Positions 12,205 through 24,621 of a stretch of 64,000 bases of DNA are shown here, one piece after another (within the stretch, counting starts at the first letter, position 1; the number at the start of each line of letters is the position of its first letter). The stretch comes from Octopus sinensis. Taxonomy: Eukaryota. Location: contig NC_042999.1 in NCBI RefSeq assembly GCF_006345805.1, forward strand, positions 145,824,001 to 145,888,000, read 5' to 3'. The notes beneath the pieces were generated by a model. It saw only the letters and a program-made list of their open reading frames with translations, ran no database searches and had not been told where the DNA came from. The position numbers and the translations under genes are program-made.

Positions 12205-12850
12205 TTCGGTTTATTTCAAGATTTCTTGCCAATAAAGAAAGAACCGGTTTCTAACCTAGATCCAAGGCTCCTTCATTGGAATTTCAACATCAACAGCATG
12301 GTATTTTTGTGTGTATGTATGTATGTATGTATGTATGTATGTATGTATGTATGTGCAGATTTGTATGTTTTATGTATGCATTCTCTTGCATATAGTTTTG
12401 ATATATTTAATTGATAAACTTCTGGAAAGTTTTACGGATTTTTATGTTAACATCCGCTAAGCAGCTAATTTCCACAACTGGGCACAGTTTCTCTTCTCTA
12501 TCTCAAATCATTATATCGGGTCTGTTGTACTTACATTTTATTGAGGCCTTCACTGGTACATTCTACCAGTATTCCTTTTTTATTATGAGTGGCAATGGCT
12601 TCTACCATATTGTCGGTTCTTATTTCTTTGTCCTCAGGATTATCCTTCCGATGGATTTCCTTATATAGTGTCCTAGCTACAACGTTATGTCTCATCGGTT
12701 GATATTACTGTGATTACATTTTCGGACAACTGCTTATGATGTGGGTGAACTCCACATAGCTTGCATCGGTTGTCAAATTGACTCTATGCGATAGAGCATT
12801 CTTTCCAAAGCTCTAATAAGTTTACTGATTCCCCACTCCATTCTTAAGCA
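12205..12850 (-). mobile_element. Second, longer and more decayed copy of the same RLE LINE (zinc knuckle, PD motif, 3' UTR containing (TACA)n)
   Basis: Shares the 3' UTR with 11692-11770; minus frames give CKLCGV...HIISSCPKM and RHNVVARTLYKEI; internal deletion in the endonuclease. Confidence 0.8.
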
Positions 12851-13816
12851 ATTATCAAAATAGATAAAGCATGTGAGTTATTGATGTTCAGTCTCACTTC
12901 ATCTCTAACTGAGTAAATCTATAATCAAAGGTGTTGGAGCTATGGCTAGCAGTTGCTATCGGCAGCAGTGATATTTTGTGAAGTTGTCATCGGCAGCAGT
13001 GGTATTTTGTGAAGACAGTTTATGCTTTGTTGTACTAGTTCTGCTATAAAGTATTTTAATTAACTAAACGGCAGAAAAATAACTCTGATATGTTTATAAA
13101 TTAAAATTTATCAAAAATAAATGTGCGTGAAGCAGTGAAACGTGAGTTTGATGTTAGAAGTACAGTATCAACTGTGAGCATGTTCCAGTAGTATTAGACC
13201 CCATCGGCAAAGAGTAGTCTTCCCTACTCAGAATTGATCATTTCTCTTTACTACAGATTTAATTTTAATTAATCAAATCTCTTGCATTACTACATTATGT
13301 TAGGAGTAATGAAAAGTATTTCATATCTTTAAAATATCTAATCTAAGATCTTTGTTGTCAAGGAAGATAACTTAATCACAATATTCTAGGAATATTAACA
13401 AAGTGGGTTGGAGTGTGAAATGCTCCAACCGGCGTTATTCGCTGTTAGATTTTTACATGCCTTAGAGAGAGATCATGTCTAATTTCTCGGATGTATTTAG
13501 TTCGTTGAAGTACACTATATTACAAATGTGAGACCCTGTCTATTTAATAAAGTAGCCTATTTCTGTGAAACTGAATTGATTTAAGCTTCCCACTGTAAAA
13601 ATGTGAACTGATTTATTTATTTGTATTTATTGCAAAATCTCAGATTATACTTTTGATATATATTACATTTGATGTCTTAAGAGCAAAGGCTGAGGATCAC
13701 TTTTTCAATATGCAACTGTTGTAAGCATTAGTATATGTACTTCTTGTTAATGTAATTTATAGTTTTTACTTTGATGTTTGGTCTTCACATATGGAACTTT
13801 TTCCTTTCCTTAATAG

Positions 13817-13881
13817 ACATTACCAGCCATTTATACAGAAGAACTTGAAATCGATTTTGTGATGGAGGCAGTAATTATGAG
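13817..13881 (+). CDS. ALK: ALK-like exon: alphaC helix (65 nt)
   Basis: Acceptor ...cctttccttaatAG, donor GTgag at 13882; TLPAIYTEELEIDFVMEAVIM(S) matches ALK [22 protein letters not shown]. Confidence 0.93.
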
Positions 13882-13989
13882 GTGAGGAAATTTTAGTTTT
13901 GCTATTAATGTACAAAAATGTAATTATATCAAAGCTATTCTAAGAAACATTTTACAAATTCACCTTCAATCTCCACGAACGAAATGCTT

Positions 13990-14250
13990 ATGCAGTTAAA
14001 ATATTGGGCTAATAACTTTCTTGTTAGTCCAGTACTCGCTGCTACAAATGGTTTGTTGTCTCAAAATTGAAGATATTACTATCGTGTCTAAGTTTACTTT
14101 GATGTCTAGAAAGAGTCTAGAATTTCTCGAAATGTTACTTGAAATAAATTGGAGTCTATACGCGAATGTAACTACTGCCAAGTATCGTTTCTCAATGATA
14201 TCTCTTTTGCTAACTTTATTTGAAGCTAATATATCATTCTAGACGCACTA
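13990..14250 (-). mobile_element. Degenerate Penelope-like RT C-terminal fragment
   Basis: Minus frame ...LFLDIKVNLDTIVISSILRQQT...EY resembles Penelope FLD-V....T-Y-KPT....YL. Confidence 0.45.
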
Positions 14251-16067
14251 TGTCAAGTATATGCTTTATTTAAACTCCATATTCTGTTATTTAAGGTAAA
14301 ATCTTCATAACAACGAATATTTAAACTTGCTCTATTATTACTTGTCAATAAAATATTTGTTGCAATAAGCCATTATCCAATTTTATGATTGAAATACTGA
14401 ATAGTAAACAAAGTCACATGACCATAGATATCGAGGTGTGAAGTGAATGTAATTAAGTCCAGTTCTTAGCTTGTGTTGTATTTTATCGATTTCAGAAGAA
14501 TGGATGGGAAAGTTGATATTGACTGGATTTAAATTAAATATCGCATAGTTTTTTGTTTTTTTTGCTTTTTATCTTTTTGATGATAGTTACATTTCCGCGT
14601 CCACCAATCTCTTTTGATCGAGAATATTAAACGTCAACCAAGAGTTTTATCATCTGATACTAGGTATTTTACTCCGAAGTAATAAATATCTAAACCTTAC
14701 TCTATGGACCCCAAAAATATTAAGCTAAATTTGAAACTTCTTTCAGTTTCACTTTTCAAGTTTATCTTTCTCTCATCCCTTAAATTAAAGCTTTCATGTC
14801 TGAGAGCTCTAATGCAGCATAGACTGGCAGGCCTCTCACCGATCATCTACCTTGTGTTTCTGAAACTATTTCTTAAAATTCTGTGCACAGAATCTAAACA
14901 TTGAATGGATCTACGGAGACGTTCGGAACATCGATCGACGTGGCACCTAGTAATCTACAGAAGCTAGATACTAACTCTATGATATAAAGATAACATTATT
15001 GTGCCTAACCCTTTCTCCTCATGGACGTTATGCAATCAAATTTTCGACATTGCTGCAGGTATTTTGCTTCTAAAACCTTGACGGCTTTTCCTTGCGATTT
15101 CGCATATAGTATTTCTATCGCTACATTTAAAATTCTACACTCATATTGGAGTACTGCTAGCAGGCATAAGCTGTGCTGTTACTGCATATTCAATCATACA
15201 TCTGGTTTCAATGAGGAGCTGGACTAAGTGGAGATTCTCCCACTCATGCCGCACATTTCCATAAATCAGATAACACCAGAAATATTGCTAAAAACTTGGA
15301 AATACTTGTAATATACCACTTTGCAACTTCACATAAACACCACTATAAAGCACATAGTTTAAGATTTCTTATTCTTATCTAAATAGCATCGCTTCTAGCA
15401 TTAACTTCTACAACCAAAACCATACATTTGCACAGCCCCAACCTAAGAACTTATACAAAGTAGAAATTTAGCTAAGTGCCTTTCCAACGAACGATACCAC
15501 CAACAACGTCAACGGTATAAACAAAATTATCATTCCTATAGGTCCAGAGATATGGTGAACTTTACTTCCTGTTCCATTTTATTTGGACTCTTAAAGCTCA
15601 GAGACATTATTGCTCTTGGTCGATATAGCTTTCCCATACAATAAAGTACGACTTCATTGCAGGTTATGTCTGTCTGAGAAGCTGCATATTCTGAGGTAAT
15701 ATGCAGTGTCCGTCCAGAAATATTTGAAAATGATTCTAATTACCATCACAGACAAGGTTTGTATCTTGGGTTAGTTCTGACTCTTAGACCGAAAATAATT
15801 GTTTAGCAAGGGCTTAGCTCTCTTATAGAGGAATGTTAATCTTGATCACATTGCTAACCCCAATCCTAGTAACGTCTTTAGCATCTACTGCCGACTTTTA
15901 TATGGAACATTTGATTTTCAATAATTTTCATCATATGACCGTCCACATATATTGATAAACAATCTTTCAAGTCGAATTCGGTCAAGGCTTCAATAATTGT
16001 GAACATCCGATCCATTGTATTTGTTACTATGAAAGTTGGAGTAATGTCTATGAGATTAATTAATTGC

Positions 16068-16118
<51 letters not shown>

Positions 16119-16198
16119 AATCTCACCCCTCTCTATCTCTCTGTCTCTCCACTCCCTCTGTCTCTGTATCTGAAGGGAGAGAGAGAGGAGAGAGAGAG

Positions 16199-16232
<34 letters not shown>

Positions 16233-16880
16233 AAGAAAGAAAGAAAGAGAGAGAGAGTGACGTGTATGTGTGCAACTGTGAATGTGTCTGCTTATGTGTG
16301 AATTCATAATTGATCTCTACTGAAAGGAAATGTTATCAACAAATACGATAAAACAAAAATTTATCGCGAGTTTTTTGGAAACAACTTCAAAAAAGCGACA
16401 TATTAAATTCTATATATATTTTCTTCATTGAATGTTTATTGTTCGCATTAGCTGATCACATTTTTTGCTCGAAACCCTCAGGTTTTCAAGCTTACACATT
16501 GGGAACCTATCAATAAAATCACGAGTCATCGATTTTACATTCAAAGGTAGATGTTTTTCTGATTAAAACGTAATAGATGTCGATCTATTATATAAATGTT
16601 ATCTTTCTCAAAGATTTAAAGTAAATAATTAATACTGGGGGGCAGTTAACTACAGTAGTTGCAACAACATTAAATTTCTTGTGTATAGATTTAGACGTTC
16701 CTTTATTGGGATATTCTACCAGTATTCCTTGTGTTCAACATAGGATTTGTAGATATTGTGCGTGTGTGTGTCTGTTTGTATTTGCGTATGTATACATACA
16801 GTATGTAACAATGTATTATATATAATTTTGTTATTTTACTACCCACAAGGGGCTACACACAGAGGGGACAAACAAGGAAA

Positions 16881-16911
<31 letters not shown>

Positions 16912-16971
16912 TATATATATATATATATATATATTTGTGTGTGTACGCGCGTGTGTATAATTATACATACA

Positions 16972-17007
<36 letters not shown>

Positions 17008-17011
17008 TATA

Positions 17012-17456
17012 AATAAAAACTTGGAGAAGAGAACTTTTTTAAACAACGAAAAAACATAGTACAGGACAAACAATACAAGGAAAATTCCCCTTCATCAGCT
17101 GTCCCTGGTTCGGCTCAAAATGTGCTTCGAAGGTAAGGAGAGAACACGGCCGAAGTAGTCCTTCCTGCAAAAGGAATTAAATAAAATTATTTTGCAGGGG
17201 GGTAAAACAAGTGACAAAAACAGGACGTAAAAGCAATACAAATGAAGAAAAAACAATACAAATGAAGAAAAAAAAGTACAAATAAAGAAACAGGACAGGG
17301 AACAGACAATAAGGGCTTTTTTGGCCTGGACGGTGGAAAAATTAGTTAGAACGCATGTGAAAAATCGGCTTACGAAGGACAGAAGTCGATCTATACTTGT
17401 TGAAGGACGAAGCTGAAAGAAAGTTTTAGCAGCCCTCTGGTCAGGAGGAGGAGGAG

Positions 17457-17492
<36 letters not shown>

Positions 17493-17950
17493 GAAACCAG
17501 AAAGGGTGAAAAATAAGAAGGAGAGAGACAAGTAGAGAGGAAGACAGACAGTCAGGGAGGAAAGGTCAAAGAGTGCGCGTCATGATTATTCGAATAAAAA
17601 CTTGGAGAAGAGAAATAACGCGTGCGTTCGGTCACATAATAATATAATAAATAAATAAAATACATGCATGTATACATACATATATGTACATACTTACATC
17701 TACATGTATATATACATGCATATATATATGAGTACAGGACACCACAAATAAACGTAGAACACAACGAGAGACGAAAACATAAAATCAAACAAGGACACGG
17801 ACTTTTTTTAAACAACGAAAAAACAGAGTACAGGACAAACAATACAAGGAAAATTCCCCTTCATCAGCTGTCCCTGGTGAGGCTCTATATATATATTCAT
17901 GTATATATACATGTAGATGTAAGTATGTACATATATGTATGTATATATGA
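17012..17950. repeat. Locally rearranged repeat: direct duplications plus a ~70-bp inverted duplication
   Basis: aataaaaacttggagaagaga at ~17012 and ~17594; ~75-bp block tttttaaacaacg...gctgtccctggt at ~17036 and ~17803; 17665-17732 is the reverse complement of 17883-17950. Confidence 0.75.
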
Positions 17951-17958
17951 ATATATTT

Positions 17959-18001
<43 letters not shown>

Positions 18002-18221
18002 TACATACACAGTAGAAAATTAAAAAAATTTCGGGGACAATAGTCGTTTATTGAGGCGGAATGTTGTGGATTTTTCCGTATCGATGTATGTAACGTGGAT
18101 ATTATCTACTTCATCCCTTATCTCTTGTATGTATATATGTATGTATGTATGTTTGTATGTATGTATGTATGTATGTATGTATTATGTATGTATGTATGTA
18201 TGTATGTATGTATATATATAA

Positions 18222-18300
<79 letters not shown>

Positions 18301-18302
18301 GC

Positions 18303-18500
18303 TGCGTGGAGGGTGTTAATAAGCCATTTAAAGACACACAAAAAACGCTAGATTCACTTCTACAGTCAAATTTATTTTGTCAAAATATTTTTGTCGTTTG
18401 AAACCGTGCCCTGTTCACTGACAAATTAAATTCAAATGTTGAAGTGAATCTAACGTTTTTTTGTTTGTTTTTAAATGGATCATCAACACCTTCCACGTCG
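18303..18500. repeat. ~200-bp fold-back (MITE-like or Penelope terminal inverted repeat)
   Basis: Left arm gcgtggagggtgtt...ccatttaaagacacacaaaaaacgctagattcacttctaca pairs with right arm tgttgaagtgaatctaacgttttttt...aaatgg...aacaccttccacg; inner tttgtca/tgacaaa pair. Confidence 0.8.
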
Positions 18501-18548
18501 TAGTTGTTTTTGCTGCAGCCCACGATCTCAGATCAAGTTATTTCTATG

Positions 18549-18588
<40 letters not shown>

Positions 18589-18590
<2 letters not shown>

Positions 18591-19355
18591 TCCGATGCAA
18601 GGATCGACGAGGAAATTGACAATAGACTTTCTAAAGCAAATAGCTCCTTTGGCAGATTGTACAAACGTGTTTGGCACAATGGTGGCCTGAAGAACAAAAC
18701 AAAGATCAGTGTCTACAGGGCCGTGGTTCTCACCACTCTTCTCTACGGCTCAGAGACCTGGATCACTCACCGCAGTCACATCCGTCTCCTCGAGCGCTTC
18801 CACCAGCGATGTCTCCGCACCATCCTCAACATTCACTGGAGTGACTTCGTCACAAACATTGAAGTCTTGGAGCGGGCCGGGATCCCCAGCATTGAAGCCA
18901 CGCTACTGAAGTACCACCTCCGATGTGTAGAGCATGTCTCCAGAATGGAGAACCATCGCCTTCCAAAGATTTCCCTGTTTGGCGAACTCTCCACCGGTCA
19001 CCGAATGAGAGGAGCTCCGAGGAAGCGCTACAAAGACTGCTTCAAGAAGTCTCTAACAGCATGTCATATTAACCACCAATGCTGGTCAGACCTGGCTACG
19101 GACCGTGATGTCTGGCGCCACACAATCTTCAACGCAGTCAGCAAGTTTGAGGAACAAAGAAGAGACGCACTTAAAGACAAGAGACGCAGGAGGAAGGTGC
19201 GAGCCGCCTCTGACACCACACCGGATGTTACCTTCGTCTGTGGACACTACTCACGGACCTGCCTTTCCCATATCGGACTTGTCAGTCATGAGCGTGCATG
19301 CACGCGACGTGGACATCCTTCCCGATCTTCGTTCGCGAATCCGAGCCATGATGAT
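18589..19355 (+). mobile_element. Young 5'-truncated RTE (BovB-like) LINE, C-terminal ORF, inserted in (TA)n
   Basis: Open frame IDEEIDNRLSKANSSFGRL...KISVYRAVVLTTLLYGSETW...RLLERFHQRCLRTIL...RLPK...GELSTG.R.RGAPRKRYKD..., terminal C2H2-like HIGLVSHERAC and (gat)n tail. Confidence 0.93.
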
Positions 19356-19389
19356 ATATATATATCAAATATATGATTATATATATATT

Positions 19390-20095
19390 TACAAGTTTAT
19401 TTTGTCTTTTTGTCTTCTCTTCCGGTGCTGTATGAACATTTAATGTGGTTTTAGAGCCAAGTTTTGACCACTATTTCCAGTGTGGTGGTATCTCTTAGAT
19501 TCCCTTAGTTATAATTTTAAATAATTATTACTTTTGAAGGTTTTTATTCCCACGCTGGCCACCTGATAAGATCGGTATTTAAATATCAATCTTATCCTTA
19601 TTTATATAAATTTATATGTATTTCGCCATTATATTCACTGCGGTGATATTTTGATCATATCGCACAAGGAGTTTTAGGCGGACAATTTAAACTGGTCGTG
19701 TGCATACGTGCATATATATATATATATATATGTATGTATACGTTAGTATATATAAGTACATTATATGTTGTATATATATTTGTATTTATGTGCTATCTGA
19801 GTATATTCCACAGTTGGAGACAGAGCATTTCTTATGCAAAGCCAGACGTCCGGGATCTGGAATTACCCAGTAATTTTTTTGCTAGTTTATTTTGTATTTT
19901 TGTCTTCTCTCCTGGTGCTGTATGAACATTTAATGTGATTTTAGAGTCAAGTTTTGACTGCTACTTCCAGTGTGGTGGTATCTCTTAGATACCCTAAATT
20001 ATAATTTTAAATAATTATTACCTTTGAAGGTTTTTATTCCCATGCTGACCACCTGATAAGATCGGTATTTGAGTATCACTCTTATCCTTATATAT
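19390..20095. repeat. ~215-bp imperfect direct duplication (19390-19610 and 19885-20095)
   Basis: Both copies read gtttattttgt..ttttgtcttctct..ggtgctgtatgaacatttaatgtg...cacctgataagatcggtattt..atc..tcttatcctta. Confidence 0.85.
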
Positions 20096-20152
<57 letters not shown>

Positions 20153-20331
20153 ATATATATATATATATACGTATGTATGTATGCATGTATGTATGTATAT
20201 ATTATTTATTTATACATAAAAGACTATAAGGTTAAATCTCAGGTTAATGATTCTTATCAAGTAGTCAGCATGCTATAAAAATGTATAGGCAATTAATAAT
20301 GTACATATGTATATAATTGTATTAACTCCCT

Positions 20332-20487
20332 AGGAGTGGCTGTGTGGTAAGTAGCTTGTTAACCAACCACATGGTTCCGGGTTCAGTCCCACTGCGTGGC
20401 ATCTTGGGCAAGTGTCTTCTGCTATAGCCCCGGGCCGACCAATGCCTTGTGAGTGGATTTGGTAGACGGAAACTGAAAGAAGCCTGT

Positions 20488-20528
<41 letters not shown>

Positions 20529-20742
20529 TTGTGTGTCTGTGTTTGTCCCCTTAGCATTGCTTGACAACCGATGCTGTTGTGTTTACGTCCCCGTCACTTA
20601 GCGGTTCGGCAAAAGAGACCGATAGAATAAGTACTGGGCTTACAAAGAATAAGTCCCGGGGTCGATTTGCTCGACTAAAAAAAAAGGTGGTGCTCAAGCA
20701 TGGCCGCAGTCAAATGACTGAAACAAGTAAAAGAGTAAAAGA

Positions 20743-20745
<3 letters not shown>
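20332..20745 (+). mobile_element. Full-length tRNA-derived SINE family A with CORE-like segment and internal (TA)/(TG) microsatellite
   Basis: A-box tggctgtgtggt, B-box-like gggttcagtcc, CORE-like cttgggcaagtgtcttct, tail gactgaaacaagtaaaagagtaaaagag. Confidence 0.9.
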
Positions 20746-20778
<33 letters not shown>

Positions 20779-21022
20779 CGAAAATCGTTAGGATGTTGGA
20801 CAGAATACTTTTGGATATATATTACGATCGTGTACGTTCTGAATTTAAGTGTCGCCGAAGTCAACTTTGCCATTCATCTCTCTATTGTCAAGATAACAGA
20901 AAACCAGCCAATAACTAGGTTCTAATTAATCGATCAACTCACTTCCACCACAGTTGCTCGTCTTATCTCAAAATTAAAACCAATATATATTGTTTTCACT
21001 TCTTTTTTCTTTTTATCTCTAG

Positions 21023-21155
21023 TAAGTTTGAACATCCGAATATTGTCAAGTTCTTGGGTGTTTGTTTTGATAATGTTCGACCACATTACATCATTTTAGA
21101 GCTCCTGGAAGGAGGAAGTTTAAAGGAGTTTCTCTTTGAGTCCAGACCAAAGACT
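21023..21155 (+). CDS. ALK: ALK-like exon: subdomains IV-V, hinge (133 nt)
   Basis: Polypyrimidine tract plus AG at 21021-21022, donor GTacgt at 21156; (S)KFEHPNIVKFLGVCFDNVRPHYIILELLEGGSLKEFLFESRPKT. Confidence 0.95.
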
Positions 21156-21241
21156 GTACGTACTGTATTTATTCTATGTTCATTTGTTTCTCTCTGATTT
21201 ATAAATATTTCTTCCAGGTCATCATATTAATTGCATTATTA

Positions 21242-21276
<35 letters not shown>

Positions 21277-21323
21277 TATTATTATTATTATTATTATTAT
21301 CATTATTATCATCATCATCATCA

Positions 21324-21373
<50 letters not shown>

Positions 21374-21384
21374 AATAAATCTCT

Positions 21385-21685
21385 GAACGAGGTATAAACA
21401 GTAACTGCACGACAATGTGAAGTATATTTGCCATCTAAATGGGGCTAACCACTAAGGGTGGATGTTACTGTAGTTTGTAGCCCCGGGAGAACATCTTCTC
21501 CAGTTGGCTATTGACACACTTTCTGTGTCCTATCGGTATTTGCAAAGGAAAGCCATCCTTCCCATCGTCAACCTGACGTGATACGCACGGACCCGGGTGT
21601 CTGGTTATTTACCCGTCATCAGCAATCACCGGTCTTCGATGTGAAGGGGTCCTAATGCAAATACATATATCCTTTTTCCATTGAC

Positions 21686-21688
<3 letters not shown>
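21385..21688. repeat. Unclassified ~300-bp structured interspersed-repeat-like segment between two (TTA)n tracts
   Basis: More GC-rich than its flanks, with hairpins ggggcta/tagcccc and ggagaa-catc-ttctcc; bounded by 21240-21372 and 21689-21806 microsatellites. Confidence 0.4.
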
Positions 21689-21748
<60 letters not shown>

Positions 21749-21757
21749 TACTATTAC

Positions 21758-21796
<39 letters not shown>

Positions 21797-21807
21797 CATT
21801 ATTATTA

Positions 21808-21960
21808 AGGTGGTGAGCGGGCAAAATCGTTGGACGAAATGCTTAGCGGTAATTCGCCCGTTGCTGCATTCTGAGTTAAATTCAGCCGAGGTCGACTTTG
21901 CCTTTCATCCTTTGAGGGTCGATATAGTAAATACCAGTTGAACACTGGGGTGCAATGCAA
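21808..21960 (+). mobile_element. SINE family B, 3'-truncated
   Basis: aggtggtgagcgggcaaaatcgtt...ctgagttaaattcagccgaggtcgactttgcctttcatcctttgagggtcg...ccagttgaacactgggg. Confidence 0.8.
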
Positions 21961-23749
21961 ACAATGTAAAGTCGCATCTTATAGGTGGAAGTGAGGAAGA
22001 GTAACAGCGAAATACAGAGTGTGTTAATATGTGAGGCGCCGGATGAGGGCACATAGTAGGCTTCGTCACAGGCAATGTGTAAAAACTCTTCGAATGAGTA
22101 AATACTTAAACGTCGCTCATGATTATAATTCTCCATTTCCATTTATCGCCGGCATCTTATATTAAATCGATGAAGATACCATCGTAGAAAATAAGTTACT
22201 TGTCATAAAATATAAAGAATCATGCACAAATGATTACAGATTGGTAATATATGTCAAATTTCTCTTCCGTAAACTTTCAAGTACTTTCGAAATGAATTTT
22301 CAGTCTATAAATTACTTCTATAAGTATCTTTCTGTACATATATCTAGATATTTATATATGAATGCAATTGTACAATGATAAGTTTTTCAATGGAGCAGAT
22401 TGCAAAATTGCTATTATGTTGATACATTTTAGAAAAGTAACATATATTTATTGCAAATATACAAACGAGAATTTTCATTCTTATGTAATTGGTGTAGTGG
22501 ACACAAAGTGTGTAAGAATTTTTGGCATAGATACCTTGGTCCTGCGAACTTTGGTGTCACTGGTCGACGCTGACTTATTCAATATCAGACATTGTAATGT
22601 TTCTCTCGTTTTCCAGACTTTTCTTCCTTCCTTTACCTATTCCCTCTCTTTCTACCACTGTTTATATGAGCATAATACCCTTTATGCATATGAGGAGAGC
22701 TAAAGTGTTTATGTCAACCGTGTCTCTCAATCTTTCTGTTTATACATGTATATCACCACCGTTCAATAGCCGCGCCCAGAACAGCAAGAACCCAAGCAAA
22801 AACTTATCTGTTCATTCTGAATACGTTTCAGCAAATTCGAAAGTCAATATCTGATCGTTGTTATTTTCGTCGTCAGAGAATATATTCCTTTAAACGGACT
22901 GTATTCATAACTTATGCAAATCACCGGTGTAAGGGGACTGTAATACCCAACGGTTTCCATGTTTTTTTACTTGTTTTTACCTTATTCTGTGTTTTCTCAG
23001 CCGAAGTTGCCCCTTGGTGCCGATGAGTCTAACAATTCTACAGGTTCTTGTTTATAGAAATCAGCAAGTAAATTATTTTCTGATGCATGCAGATGTCTGT
23101 CAAACAGACACTATCCCTTAAAGTCCACGCAAAACAGTGAGAACCAAAACAATCATGTATCTCTTCATTCTCAATAGTTTCTGGCACATTCGAACGTAAA
23201 TCTCTTTGATTATGGAAACAATAAAGTCGAAAGATTGTGGTATCCTGAAGTGTCATTACACACGTGAATCACATGTTATGAAAACAGCCTAAAGGGAGGA
23301 AATTTTCTCCGATAACAATATACAAGAACGATCAGATATCTACGGTTGAATCTTTTATGACGTACATTAAAAGTAATAAAGAATTTTCTTTAGAAAATTA
23401 GTATTCAATTCATCATTTTATATCAAGAAAATTCTTAGGCGTTAAATTATAATTCTTTTATGTATGCCATATCTTGTTATATTACACAGACTGACTAAAG
23501 TACATTTCCTCATATGACGAGTAACACTCTTATTTGAAGTAATACTGTTAAGTGTTTTCTTGATTTTTATGTGTCAATCATAAATTTCATTTCAACTGAA
23601 ATATAAATTACAACTATGGAAATTGTATTATCTTCAGGCAGTCAAATAAACAAATTATTTTTCACTTACACTTATGCAGCTGTTAGATGTGATGGAATAG
23701 AAGGAAAGAACACAATAACTGGGAAATATATAGTTTTATATAAATTTTT

Positions 23750-23933
23750 CTACCATAAGCACAAGGCCTGAAATTTCTGGGGAGGAGTAAGTCAATTACA
23801 TCGACCCCAGTGCTCGACTGATGCTTATTGACCAACGAAACGATGAAAGGCAAAGTTGGTCTCGGCAGAATTTGAACTCAATGTCAAGTCGGACGAAATA
23901 CCGCTAAGCATTAATTCTGTCAGCTCACCGTCT
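23750..23933 (-). mobile_element. SINE family B
   Basis: gcacaaggcctgaaattt...tacatcgaccccagtgctcg...gaaaggcaaagtt...gaatttgaactc...gaaataccgctaagc...cagctcacc. Confidence 0.8.
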
Positions 23934-24621
23934 TAATACAGTTTTATTTTCTGCCATATTGCCTTCCATTTCTACAGCATTGCAAGTCGATCATGGGTCT
24001 TTTTAATTACAGCACTGAATAATCGGTGTTAATTATTTTCAGTCGATTTGATATTAGTAAGGGAGCCAATGATAACAGTTCCATCCAAAGCTATGTTGAC
24101 TAACTGCATATGTTTTTCGTTTAATTTTACCCCTGAAAGTAGCTCTTAGTGGCCTGGTCATTTAAATGAGAATGGTTAATCCATTGACGAATGCATCGTT
24201 GGTTTGATTAACCGAGTACAAAATACTTTCATAGATCTACACGAGTAAATGGGGAGCAACTTTAAAGCCCATTTAGTCATACAGTACTATCAATAATATG
24301 GTCTTCTCTCATCCGGATGCTTTGCGTTAACGGGAATTCTGTACTCATCAACGCAGGAATGAATCGATAAGAAACCTCAACCCCGTCTGACCCGATATCT
24401 CTGATACCTGATTGGTCTGGAGAAGCTATGATTTTGTGATTTGGCACGACAAAACCTATATTTTTATTCTTTATTATTAATCTTTCGTATCTTTCATTTC
24501 TCCCGTCTTTATATGTCTTCATTTTATTCTACTTTTTTTTGTTTCCATTGAACCTTCAACGTAAACTGAATTATTTTTCTTAAAACCCACCTGATATGAT
24601 TCGTGTGTACCATATAATCAT

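Noticed and set aside
17080-17100. CTGATGA on the minus strand (also ~17860) as a hammerhead core
   Set aside because: No GAAA follows a closed stem II and no matching stem I was found.
21600-21640. Minus-strand ctgatga-cgggt...acccg as a hammerhead; nearby stems as an HDV-like ribozyme
   Set aside because: GAAA is absent after the stem; L3, P3 and P2 of an HDV fold could not be assigned on either strand.
22950-23270. Nested antisense gene exon (72-aa ORF at 23038-23256)
   Set aside because: No recognisable domain or convincing splice-site pair; likely decayed repeat.
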